Assembly (NCBI GenBank): GCA_041665085.1
Contig: JBAYJO010000001.1
Location: forward strand, 40,671-104,670
Origin: Patescibacteria group bacterium
GTDB taxonomy: Bacteria; Patescibacteriota; UBA1384; JBAYJO01
Direction: 5' to 3'
DNA: 64,000 bases
Of this stretch, positions 40,526 to 50,274 are shown piece by piece (position 1 is the first letter of the stretch; every line of letters starts with the position of its first letter). Both the position numbers and the translations under genes were made by a program. The notes beneath the pieces were generated by a model. The model was given only the letters and a program-made list of their open reading frames with translations, ran no database searches and was not told where the DNA came from.

Positions 40526-41078
40526 TTGCCTCTTTTTTTGTTTGATCTTCCCATAAAAATGTCATATTAAATGAAACAGTTGTTAGAGTTTCTGTTTGCG
40601 TTTCAGTAGTTGAACTATATGATGCTTTTTCGAAATAAGGAGAATCGTCGATTCTTTTTTTAAAGTTTTCTACATCCGGTCTGGTTTTTGTGGTTGCTGT
40701 AATAGTAAAAACAAGAGGAGTCCCTGTGATGCTTAAACTATTTATTTGAACATTTTGTGGAACTGTTTTTGAAAATTCTGATATTACTTGAGACCAGAGG
40801 ATGCGAGAACTTTTTAATTCGGTCAGTGAATCACTTTTATTAAAAATTTTACTTAAATCATTTTTTATCTTTTGTTGATTTTCAATTTTAACATTTAATT
40901 GTTCGATTTCTTTAGTGTTATTTATATCTCTCATTTCGTAAACTTCGTTAATATTTTTAAGGATAAACCAAGCAATAAAACTGATTAAAAAAACCGAAAG
41001 AGAAATTATAACAATAGCAAAATTTTGTTGTTTATGTTTTATTTTTAATTTTTCCGGTTCAGGCAGTAAATTTATCAT
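40509..41078 (-). CDS. pilN: Pilus assembly protein PilN
   Basis: MINLLPEPEK start. Single TM. Confidence 0.6.
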   Translation of the reverse strand: MINLLPEPEKLKIKHKQQNFAIVIISLSVFLISFIAWFILKNINEVYEMRDINNTKEIEQLNVKIENQQKIKNDLSKIFNKSDSLTELKSSRILWSQVISEFSKTVPQNVQINSLSITGTPLVFTITATTKTRPDVENFKKRIDDSPYFEKASYSSTTETQTETLTTVSFNMTFLWEDQTKKEANENKK

Positions 41079-41079
41079 T

Positions 41080-42123
41080 TTACTTTATGTTAATTTTTCT
41101 TAAGCTCAAACCAATTGCAACACTGTATTTTAATAAGCTGGGTGACAGGATCTCTTTTGGGCATGAAGTTATATTAAGAAGAGGGTTTGAAATAATTGTT
41201 GGAATTTTTGTCATTTCTTGAAAATAATTCGCAACATTAGTAATTTGTGATCCGCCGCCGCAAAGCCTAATTTCTTTTACTACGCCAGAGGATTCAACTC
41301 TACTTTGATAATATTTAACCAATTTTATAACCTCATCAACTATTGGTTTTAAACCGTTTGTAATAATATTATTTACATCTTTTGTTTGACCTTCTTGAAC
41401 TAAGTTGTTTGCAGAAGCTGTAGTATTTTTTTCAGTTGCTTTAATAGCATCGATAATATTTTGAGCGCCGATTGTCAGAGTGCTTGTGGCTTTTACATTT
41501 CCTCTATGGGTGATACTAATACCTGTTGCGTCAGATCCGATATCAACTATAGCAATTGGATTTTCTTCACTGGCATTGGTTATTGAACGAGCTAAAGAAA
41601 TTGGTTTTATTTCAATAAATTGAAGTTTTAATCCAGCAGCTGCAAAAACAAGTGCCAGATCATTTACTAGCGCTTTTGGGGCTGCGATAATTAATATATC
41701 CATCTCTTTTTCAATGTGGTTTTGGCTAATTATTTGCCAGTCTAAAACTACTTGATCGATGGGAATTGGAAGAAAATCTTCAGCTTGCCTAGGAATTGAT
41801 TTTTCTAGATTTTTAATATCGGTGATTAATGGTTGAGTTATCAGTTTAGTAAAAACCAAAGAAGAGGGAAGCGAAGTGCCTGTAATAATTGATGAGATCG
41901 GATGTGGTTTTGCGGTTTGCAGAGCCTGCCTGATATTTGTAATCAATGTGTTTTTATCGGATATGCCTTCTTTAGACATGGGTACATTTTTAACTGGAAT
42001 CTCGTTTATTGAAAGTAATTGAGCTTTTTTCCCTTTTCTTAATACAAAAGCGATCTTGATCGATGAATGACCAATATCAATACCAATAACGGGTTTGTTA
42101 TTATTGAAAAAGTTCTCGAACAA
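41080..42123 (-). CDS. pilM: Type IV pilus assembly ATPase-like protein PilM
   Basis: Actin-like IGIDIGHSSIKIA N-terminus. Confidence 0.8.
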   Translation of the reverse strand: MFENFFNNNKPVIGIDIGHSSIKIAFVLRKGKKAQLLSINEIPVKNVPMSKEGISDKNTLITNIRQALQTAKPHPISSIITGTSLPSSLVFTKLITQPLITDIKNLEKSIPRQAEDFLPIPIDQVVLDWQIISQNHIEKEMDILIIAAPKALVNDLALVFAAAGLKLQFIEIKPISLARSITNASEENPIAIVDIGSDATGISITHRGNVKATSTLTIGAQNIIDAIKATEKNTTASANNLVQEGQTKDVNNIITNGLKPIVDEVIKLVKYYQSRVESSGVVKEIRLCGGGSQITNVANYFQEMTKIPTIISNPLLNITSCPKEILSPSLLKYSVAIGLSLRKINIK

Positions 42124-42330
42124 AACCCCTCCTTGCTAAGTTAAAAGTTGAAAGTCTGTAAAGTTCATAAAGTTCAATGAATAGAAAATCTTTAAGACTA
42201 GAAATCAAAGTTTTTAACTTCAAACTTAATCCAATTCTATTCTACTATGATTTGTCAAAAAAAAGAATAAATTCATATTCTGACCATCTTAACTTTATAA
42301 ACTTTTAACTTTATGAACTTTATGAACTAA

Positions 42331-43536
42331 TTAGTATTCTTCTTCCCAATGGTTGAGAATTATTACAGGTGTGTCATTGGTTGAAGGAGATAGCGCTTCG
42401 TTAATTAAATTAGCATCGAAATAAATATCAAGTTGTCTATAATTTAAATAAAAATCTCGGGAAAGAATTCCGCCGGTTATGGTCATAGGAAATCCTGTTG
42501 AAATATCGACTCTGCTACCAGCATAAACAAGACCGGTGATGTTTGCGCTTCCAAATCGATCAATAGTAATCTTGGACATTGAGGCTATTCCGGAAGGTTT
42601 GCCGTCAACATGATTGATATTTACTGTTCCGAGTATTGTCGGTGTGCCAATATTAATATTTCCTTCGGCAATAAGCATACCGTTGATGGTTAATGTTTTG
42701 GCTAAATCAACATCGATTCCTCCTGTTACATAAACCACACCGCTTAAAGTCTGGTTGCCACTTTTGAGAAGATTTTTAAATGCTTGTTGGGTATAAAGTT
42801 GGTTTTGTGATTGAGCAAGATTTTTATATGAGTTTACATCAACTGAATTAAAATCGAGTGTTGGCATTGCATTTGAAGCCATGCCTGTTTCGCGAACTCC
42901 ACCATAAGAAAGGCTGCTTAATGGTCCAATATCAATATTTCTGACTGCTTTTATGTCTTTATCAATATTTACATCAGAAAGAAATTTAATGCTAATATCT
43001 CGATTGCTAATGATTGATGAATTGTGAATGTTTAGAATTGATCCCCAAATGTTGATATCTTGTTCAGAGCTGGCTTGACCGCCACCGGTATAAATTGCCC
43101 CGTCTTTGTTATAAGGTGGTGGATCAATGGCTTTAGCGACTTGGATTTTTATTTTTCTATTTGAAGTTTTATTTGGTCCGAACTCAAAAGTTCCATTTGA
43201 TGTAATGGTTGCTACACCTTTGGCACTGTTTTGAATTACAACGCTATATGAGCCATTTGCAGTTAAATTAGTATTTCGAGTGAAGGTGGTTTGACCGTCA
43301 GTTGAATTTAAAAAAGTTGCTTTTGCAGTCTCGTCATTTTTAATCATCCAAATGGCTTCATTTGCACCGGCTTCTGCTAAATAAAAACATTTTGTAGCTG
43401 ATGAAGTATTTTTGGATAGTTTAAATTCTTGATTTATGGTGTTTACCAAATAAAAACCAATCAGACTTAAGGCCGCTGTAAATAATATGACTAAAGGCAA
43501 GACAAATGATTTGTTGACAGACCAATTCTTTTTCAT
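42331..43536 (-). CDS. Large pilus-associated protein (PilX/tip-adhesin-like), N-terminal TM
   Basis: Context only. Confidence 0.4.
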   Translation of the reverse strand: MKKNWSVNKSFVLPLVILFTAALSLIGFYLVNTINQEFKLSKNTSSATKCFYLAEAGANEAIWMIKNDETAKATFLNSTDGQTTFTRNTNLTANGSYSVVIQNSAKGVATITSNGTFEFGPNKTSNRKIKIQVAKAIDPPPYNKDGAIYTGGGQASSEQDINIWGSILNIHNSSIISNRDISIKFLSDVNIDKDIKAVRNIDIGPLSSLSYGGVRETGMASNAMPTLDFNSVDVNSYKNLAQSQNQLYTQQAFKNLLKSGNQTLSGVVYVTGGIDVDLAKTLTINGMLIAEGNINIGTPTILGTVNINHVDGKPSGIASMSKITIDRFGSANITGLVYAGSRVDISTGFPMTITGGILSRDFYLNYRQLDIYFDANLINEALSPSTNDTPVIILNHWEEEY

Positions 43537-44087
43537 AAAATATTTCTGCTCATTACTGTTGTTTCATAATCTTCTTGATAATTTCCTTTTGAAACCAGAA
43601 GAGATATGTTGATAGCGTCGCTGCCCCAGAAATCAAGTGATTTGATATTTAATGCAACGATTTCACTCGAATCTGTTGTTTCGCTTGGACTATTTCCGCT
43701 GCCATCTTTTGTGTCGCTGAAAACCCAAGTTAATGGGTCAGAGATAAAACTATAATGAGAATATTTTTTAATTAAGTTTTCTTGATCAAGACTGTAGGTA
43801 ATGTATTGAATTTTATTTATAGTGTGTCCATCTTGAAATTTTATTTCATTTGCAGGAGTGTCTTTTGTTTCCGGGATATTATTGATTATTTTTACTGATT
43901 GTCTAATGTCTCGACTCATTCTTTCGATTGCGATTCTTGCATTTTGACGAACTTCAAATCTGGCATTTGTTTTAGACCAAGCGATGCTTGCTAAATCGAA
44001 AAGTTCATAAGCTGACACCAGTATAACCATACCAATTGTTATGGCTGCCAAAATTTCGATTAAGCTAAAACCTTTTTGTTTTTTCAT
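43533..44087 (-). CDS. Prepilin-type minor pilin
   Basis: GFSLIEILAAITIG N-terminal methylation motif. Confidence 0.7.
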   Translation of the reverse strand: MKKQKGFSLIEILAAITIGMVILVSAYELFDLASIAWSKTNARFEVRQNARIAIERMSRDIRQSVKIINNIPETKDTPANEIKFQDGHTINKIQYITYSLDQENLIKKYSHYSFISDPLTWVFSDTKDGSGNSPSETTDSSEIVALNIKSLDFWGSDAINISLLVSKGNYQEDYETTVMSRNIL

Positions 44088-44500
44088 TTTCTTGCCACAG
44101 TTGTAAATAATTCATAATTTTTATTCTGACTACCTTGTTGCCATGAGATTATAACTTTAACGCTTTTAAGGCCTGTGTCTGTTGGTGTGGAGATAAAGTC
44201 TGTATTAATATTTTGAATAATGGTTTGAGATTTAAATTTATAATAAGGGCTAGTAGTGTCTGCTTCGTAATCTACTATTCCGGTATCGCCGGGCGTGATT
44301 GTGTCGTAGTTTTGATTTATTTTATTGTCCATAACTGATTGAGCAAGTCCAATGGCAACAGTTGTATTTTCAGTTTGAGCAGATATTTTTGTGCTAAGTG
44401 GAATCAAAGCAAAAGCCGAAAGAATTCCAAAAGTGAAGATTCCAATTGCAAGCAAGACTTCGATTAATGAGAATGACTTTAGGACAGATCCTTGTTTCAT
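44084..44500 (-). CDS. Prepilin-type pilin/pseudopilin
   Basis: SFSLIEVLLAIGIF. Confidence 0.7.
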   Translation of the reverse strand: MKQGSVLKSFSLIEVLLAIGIFTFGILSAFALIPLSTKISAQTENTTVAIGLAQSVMDNKINQNYDTITPGDTGIVDYEADTTSPYYKFKSQTIIQNINTDFISTPTDTGLKSVKVIISWQQGSQNKNYELFTTVARK

Positions 44501-44943
44501 TGTTGCCTAATTGTTCCTATAGGGTTAATAACTATTGTTTTTGTGATTCCTGTTGGGCTATTTAAAGTTATATTGCCAGAATGAATTGGAGTTGAATCAG
44601 ATTTGAAAACAAATTGATTGTTGATGACATTTATCTCTACTTTTAGATTTGTTTCGATATCTTGAGTCCGAATAATTGTTTCAGTGCTATCATCATTTAT
44701 TTTAATAAGTGAATAAGAGGTTGGATTTGATGCTTGGTTAAAACGAATACAGTGGAGTAGTTGAGAAGTGGTTGCATCAGATTGAGCGTTTCTTAAGTCG
44801 CCGATTAGGTTATTGGAGGTCCCTCTGATGTCAAGTTGTGATTTGATATTGGAATAAGATGGAACTGAAATAACAGTAACTATTGAAATAATGGCAACCA
44901 CGGTAATGATTTCAAGCAATGAAAAAGCCTTAGTCGGTTTCAC
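44497..44943 (-). CDS. Prepilin-type pilin
   Basis: AFSLLEIITVVAIISI. Confidence 0.7.
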   Translation of the reverse strand: MKPTKAFSLLEIITVVAIISIVTVISVPSYSNIKSQLDIRGTSNNLIGDLRNAQSDATTSQLLHCIRFNQASNPTSYSLIKINDDSTETIIRTQDIETNLKVEINVINNQFVFKSDSTPIHSGNITLNSPTGITKTIVINPIGTIRQQ

Positions 44944-46142
44944 ATTGCTCCTACTAAACCATATATTGGCATTAAAACTGAAATTATAACAAAGCCAACT
45001 CCAATGCCTAAAACAATCATAATTACAGGTTCAATTATTGAAGATAAATTTGAAGTAACTATGTCAACTTCGCTTTCATAATAGTCAGATAAAGTTTCAA
45101 GAACATAGTCTGTTTTACCTGATTTTTCACCGACTTTAAGAAGCGAAGGAACGAGATGAGGAAAAAGTTTGTTTTCCTCAAATATTGCTGAAAGAGGCCG
45201 ACCGGCTTTAATTTCTTCGCAGGTTTTATCTAATTTTGTTGCATATATCGAATTATCAATTACCTGACCAACAGTTGTAAAAATTTGATTAATTGGAACT
45301 CCTGATGAAATTAAAGTATATGCGCTTCTAGCAAATCTAGCAGCATAAATTTTTTGAAAAATTCCGCCAAGAATTGGAGCTTTAATTTTAAATAAGTCAA
45401 AATAATGACGGCCCGAGTTTGTTTTAATAAATTTCATAAATCCAATTGACAGGGCGATAACTGCAACCAAGAGAATATACCAATATTTTACTAAAAATCT
45501 GCTTGTTCCAAGCAATATTCTAGTAATCATCGGTAGTTTTACCCCAGTATCATTAAAAACTTTCTCAAGTTGGGGCATTACGAAAATCATTATTAATGTT
45601 GCAACAACAAGTAAAGTAACAAAAATTAAGGCCGGATATGTCATAGCGCTTTTTACTTTAGCTGTTAGCTTATAGTTTTTATCAAGTTGTTCTGACAGGT
45701 TGAGCAAGACTATGTCAAGTTTTCCCGATTCTTCACCTGATTTTATTATACTGGTGTAAAGGGGCGGAAAAACATCCGGATGCTTGGCTAAGCTTTTGGA
45801 AAAACTTTGTCCTCCTTTAATATCGTTTGCAATTTCACCAATAATTTTTTTAAATTTAGGTTTTTCAAACTCATCGGCAATTGAACTTAGTGCATCAACA
45901 ACGGAAAGTCCGGATTTAATCATTATTGCTAGCTCTTTTGTGAAAATGATTTTATCTCGCATGCTGACTTTGTTGAAAAAAGGTAAATTAAGTCCATTTT
46001 TAGTTTCTTTTTTCTCGGTAATATCTGCAACCACAAGTTTTTTTTCTTTTAAAATCACTGCAGCGCTTTTTTCATCTGTTGCATCAATAATACCTTTTTT
46101 GATTTCGCCTAATTTATCGTAAGCAATATATTTAAAGATCAT
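44940..46142 (-). CDS. pilC: Type IV pilus inner-membrane platform protein PilC (GspF family)
   Basis: Two T2SS-F domains. Confidence 0.85.
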   Translation of the reverse strand: MIFKYIAYDKLGEIKKGIIDATDEKSAAVILKEKKLVVADITEKKETKNGLNLPFFNKVSMRDKIIFTKELAIMIKSGLSVVDALSSIADEFEKPKFKKIIGEIANDIKGGQSFSKSLAKHPDVFPPLYTSIIKSGEESGKLDIVLLNLSEQLDKNYKLTAKVKSAMTYPALIFVTLLVVATLIMIFVMPQLEKVFNDTGVKLPMITRILLGTSRFLVKYWYILLVAVIALSIGFMKFIKTNSGRHYFDLFKIKAPILGGIFQKIYAARFARSAYTLISSGVPINQIFTTVGQVIDNSIYATKLDKTCEEIKAGRPLSAIFEENKLFPHLVPSLLKVGEKSGKTDYVLETLSDYYESEVDIVTSNLSSIIEPVIMIVLGIGVGFVIISVLMPIYGLVGAM

Positions 46143-46150
46143 ATTGTGAA

Positions 46151-46185
46151 ATTCCTAATTTCTAATTCCTAATTTCTAATTAACT
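46151..46185. repeat. Partial copy (5' heptamer array only) of the same element
   Basis: AATTCCTAATTTCTAATTCCTAATTTCTAATTAAC between pilC and pilB. Confidence 0.4.
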
Positions 46186-46197
46186 TTAAATTTCGGA

Positions 46198-48018
46198 TTA
46201 ATCCTTTGTTACTCGCCAGACTTCTTCAAGAGTTGTATCGCCACTTATGACTTTTGTTATTCCATCAAGAAATAGTGTTGACATTCCTTGTTTTATTGCC
46301 AATTCTTTGATTTTATCAATTGACACATCTCGCGTGATAATTGATTTAATTTCCGGTGATAATGGAAGCACTTCAAATACTCCAATTCGACCGTGATAAC
46401 CGGTTGAATTACAGGATGGGCATCCAGCTCCTTTGTAAAGTTTTGTTGGCATCTCGATATTATAAATTGAACCAAGTTGAGCTTTGATTTCATCGATTTG
46501 TTGCAGTGTTATGGCTATTTCTTGTTTGCATGATTTACAGATCTGCCGACAAAGTCGTTGAGCAATAATTACATTTATTGACGAGTTGATCAGAAAAGGC
46601 TCGATGCCCATATCAATAAGTCTTGGAATAGCTCCGCTGGCATCGTTTGTGTGAAGAGTTGATAATACAATGTGTCCGGTAAGAGCTGATTGAACTGCCA
46701 TTTCCGCTGTTTCCTTGTCGCGAATTTCCCCAAGCATGATGACATTTGGGTCTTGCCTTAAAATAGTTCGGAGTCCGCTGGCAAAAGTATAGCCGATTTC
46801 TGAATTTACTTGGCTTTGATTGATTCCATTCATTCGATATTCTACTGGATCTTCAAGAGTAACAATGTTTATATCGTCGCTTTTTATCTGATCAATAATT
46901 GCATAGAGCGTGGTTGTTTTACCTGAACCGGTTGGACCGGTAATTAAAACCATACCATGCGGTTTTTTGATATCCGAATCTAAAATTTCATAACCCCTGT
47001 CGCGCAAGCCCAAATCTTTAAGAGTTAATACTCCGCTTGTTTTGTCTAAAATTCTCATTACGATTTTCTCGCCATTCACAGTTGGCAAGGTAGAAACGCG
47101 AAAATCTATTTCTTTTTCATCAAGAATTGTTTGGAATCTGCCGTCTTGAGGCATTCTTTGTTCGTCGATTTTCATATTGCAAAGAATTTTAATACGAGAA
47201 ATAACGGCCGGTTGAATTTCTTTTGGCAAGGTTAAAACTTTACGTAGGATTCCGTCTAGTCGATATCTTACTTCAAGGTTTTCTTCGTTTGGTTCAATAT
47301 GAATATCTGATGTTTGTTCGCGAACCGCTTGTTTTATGATTGAGCTGACAATTTTTGATGCAGGTGCTGATTCGCTTAATTCTTCATTTAGTGGTTTTTT
47401 GATATGCTCTTTTTTTGGTTCTTCGACTTTGACAATTTCTTCAAGTTCTTCTTTATCGCCGGAGTATTGGTTTAAAACATGGTTTAGATCATTTTTTGTG
47501 CAAATATTTGGAATAATTTCATATCCGGTTGATTTTCTGAAAAGTTCAAGTGTTTCGGCATCTTCCGGATCAATCATAGCAACAGTTAGTATTTTGTTTT
47601 CAAGTTTAATCGGAACGGCTTGATATTTTTGAGCAATTTTTTCCGGAATTATTTTTAGAATTTCAGGTGGAATTATGGCATTAGTCAGGTCGATATATGG
47701 TATTGTGTTTGACGGGCCGGAGAAAGATGGTTTTTGGGTAATTTCGGGAGTGGAATTGATCGAATTTTCGATTATTTGTGGTTTTTCATTTTGTTTAATA
47801 TTTGAAAATGAAACAATTTTACCATCCAGAGTAATTTGTTGATTGCCTTGTCTGTCCGGCATTAATTTTAAGATACCTAAATTGCCAAGATCAATTTGAC
47901 CTGATTTATTTAGAATTGCTCGAATCGATTTTACTAAAAAATCCACATCAATCATGGCTTGATTGGGAGTAATACCAGTTTTTTGAGCCAAGAGATTTAT
48001 AAAATCGCGATAAAGCAC
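46198..48018 (-). CDS. pilB: Type IV pilus assembly ATPase PilB (GspE family)
   Basis: Walker A TGPTGSGKTTT. C-terminal Cys cluster CPSC. Confidence 0.9.
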   Translation of the reverse strand: MLYRDFINLLAQKTGITPNQAMIDVDFLVKSIRAILNKSGQIDLGNLGILKLMPDRQGNQQITLDGKIVSFSNIKQNEKPQIIENSINSTPEITQKPSFSGPSNTIPYIDLTNAIIPPEILKIIPEKIAQKYQAVPIKLENKILTVAMIDPEDAETLELFRKSTGYEIIPNICTKNDLNHVLNQYSGDKEELEEIVKVEEPKKEHIKKPLNEELSESAPASKIVSSIIKQAVREQTSDIHIEPNEENLEVRYRLDGILRKVLTLPKEIQPAVISRIKILCNMKIDEQRMPQDGRFQTILDEKEIDFRVSTLPTVNGEKIVMRILDKTSGVLTLKDLGLRDRGYEILDSDIKKPHGMVLITGPTGSGKTTTLYAIIDQIKSDDINIVTLEDPVEYRMNGINQSQVNSEIGYTFASGLRTILRQDPNVIMLGEIRDKETAEMAVQSALTGHIVLSTLHTNDASGAIPRLIDMGIEPFLINSSINVIIAQRLCRQICKSCKQEIAITLQQIDEIKAQLGSIYNIEMPTKLYKGAGCPSCNSTGYHGRIGVFEVLPLSPEIKSIITRDVSIDKIKELAIKQGMSTLFLDGITKVISGDTTLEEVWRVTKD

Positions 48019-48310
48019 AGCCCTCCTTGCTAAGTTAAAAGTTGAAAGTCTGTAAAGTCCATAAAGTTCAATAAGCAGAATATCAGAAGATTTTATAAGT
48101 TAAAAGTTGAAAGTCAGTAAAGTCTTGAATATGTTCGGTGTTATTAAAAATTACTTAGCACCGGCGGACCTATATGCGTAATTTTCAACAACACCTCATA
48201 TTTAGAGATTATAAAGTTAAAAATTGGAATTTTTAACTTAAAATTTCTTCTGACTTTATTTTACTATGATTTGTCAAAAAAAAGAATGACGACTAAACTA
48301 AGAAAGTAAA

Positions 48311-48446
48311 TATCTAATTTCTAATTTCTAATTTTTAATTAATTCTCCAATGATCAAATTATTAGAATGTTTTTAAAGAAAGTTAGAAATTTATATTCTT
48401 ATTTATTCAATTTATTTTAGAAATTAGTTATTAGTAATTAGAAAAT
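48311..48446. repeat. TIR-bounded AT-rich element, copy B
   Basis: Same ends: ATCTAATTTCTAATTTCTAATT...CTCCAATG ... TTAGAAATTAGTTATTAGTAATTAGAAAATT. Confidence 0.55.
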
Positions 48447-48453
48447 TATATTT

Positions 48454-49989
48454 ATGGCTTTATATCAAAAATTTCGTCCGCAAAAATTTAATGATGTTGT
48501 TGGACAAGATCATATTGTTTATTCTCTGTCAGGTGCAATTTTATCTGATAGGATTTCTCATGCTTATTTATTTACCGGTCCAAGAGGACTTGGAAAAACT
48601 ACTCTGGCTAGACTCATGGCTAAGGCAATTAATTGCCAAAATAGAAAAAGTGATGAGAATGAGCCATGTGGAAAATGTCAAAGCTGCCTTGAAATTTCAA
48701 ATGGTTCTTCCTTGAATGTAATTGAAATTGATGCCGCTTCAAATAGGGGTATTGATGAGATTCGGGATTTAAAAGAGAAAATTAGATATTTACCATCTGG
48801 CGCAAAGTTTAAGATATATATTATTGATGAGGTTCATATGTTGACTGAACCTGCTTTTAATGCACTTCTTAAAACTATTGAGGAGCCGCCAGCTCATGCG
48901 ATTTTTATTTTAGCAACAACCGATTTACATAAAGTTCCTTTAACAATTGTTTCAAGATGCCAGAAATTTGATTTTCATCGAGCCGGTCCTCAAACAGTAA
49001 AGAGTAAATTAGATAAAATTGTTAAATTAGAAAAATTTGATATTACACCTGATGGAATTGACTTGATTTCGAGATTAGCTGAAGGGTCGTTTCGCGATGG
49101 GGAGTCTATTTTAGAACAAATTAGTTCTGTTAGTGATGGCCAGCAAATTACATCTCAAAAAATTGAAAATTTACTTGGTATTTCACCGAAAGTTTTCCGT
49201 TTGAATCTTTTGAAATTAATCAATACGGGAAAAATTCGCGAAACTATTACTCTTATTGAGCAAGAAAATAGTCGGGGATGCGATATGAAGCAGCTTAACA
49301 TCGATTTGATCGAAACGCTTAGACAGTTTTTACTTGCAAAAGTCGGAGTTTTGGATATTGATTCTGAAGAAAAAGAAGTTGCAGATATGTTGAGCATTGA
49401 ACAAATCACATATTTGATTGAAAGACTAATTCAGTGCGGAAGAGATTTAAAAAATGATTTAATGTCGCAGCTGCCGCTTGAAATGGCTTTGATTGAATTT
49501 ATTAATAAATATAAAAAAGATGAAGTTCAAGAAGATGAAATAAAGAGAGAAATTTCTGCTCCAAAAATTAAAGAAGTTGAAGCTGTGAAGAAAGTTGAAG
49601 CTAAAAACAATTTAGATGTTACAGACGAGATATCAAAAAAAACCGTTGAACCAATAGTTGATGGGTTGATTGATAAAGAGAAATGGTTAGAACTGCTTGA
49701 GGCTCTTAAGCCTTTAAATCATTCTTTGTACACGATTGTTAGTGATTCAAATGTGATTGGTGTAAATGATGGAGTAATAAAAATTGAAGTTAAATTTAAA
49801 TTTCATGCCGATAGAGTAAATGATAAAAATTTAAAAAAAGATTTTGATGCGGTTACAGAAAAAATTTTTGGTCGTCCGATGAGAATTCAGGCTGAAGTCG
49901 CGGCAAAAGTTAAAAAAGAAGAACTAAACGAAAGAAAAGAGGATGAAATTCTTGGTGATGTAGCTGAAGTTTTTGGAGTTGATCTTTGA
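48454..49989 (+). CDS. dnaX: DNA polymerase III subunit gamma/tau
   Basis: GPRGLGKTT and zinc module CGKCQSC. Confidence 0.9.
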   Translation: MALYQKFRPQKFNDVVGQDHIVYSLSGAILSDRISHAYLFTGPRGLGKTTLARLMAKAINCQNRKSDENEPCGKCQSCLEISNGSSLNVIEIDAASNRGIDEIRDLKEKIRYLPSGAKFKIYIIDEVHMLTEPAFNALLKTIEEPPAHAIFILATTDLHKVPLTIVSRCQKFDFHRAGPQTVKSKLDKIVKLEKFDITPDGIDLISRLAEGSFRDGESILEQISSVSDGQQITSQKIENLLGISPKVFRLNLLKLINTGKIRETITLIEQENSRGCDMKQLNIDLIETLRQFLLAKVGVLDIDSEEKEVADMLSIEQITYLIERLIQCGRDLKNDLMSQLPLEMALIEFINKYKKDEVQEDEIKREISAPKIKEVEAVKKVEAKNNLDVTDEISKKTVEPIVDGLIDKEKWLELLEALKPLNHSLYTIVSDSNVIGVNDGVIKIEVKFKFHADRVNDKNLKKDFDAVTEKIFGRPMRIQAEVAAKVKKEELNERKEDEILGDVAEVFGVDL

Positions 49990-50023
49990 TGTTGTTATTT
50001 TAAATTTAAAAAGGTTTACCCGG

Positions 50024-50052
50024 CGCGGATGCGCCGGGTTTGGTCCAGCAGT
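50024..50052 (+). terminator. Terminator hairpin after dnaX
   Basis: ACCCGGCGC-GGAT-GCGCCGGGT followed by TTTGG. Confidence 0.5.
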
Positions 50053-50274
50053 AGAAGAATTCAGTCCTCCCCCCGTTTGTACGTCCTTACCATTTAAGAG
50101 GCAGGTGCACGGGGGGAATCAGCATTTTATGACGTTATGCAATGTTTTCTCCTTTCCTCTACAAATTTGGAGACCTATGTATTGTATATTTATTTTGTCT
50201 CTTTGTCAATAATTAACACAATTCACCTAATTCACAAGTTTGACGATTTAAGACAATCAAACTAAGTTAAGATT

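Noticed and set aside
49973-50212. 79-aa ORF after dnaX
   Set aside because: It runs through two GC-rich terminator-like hairpins.
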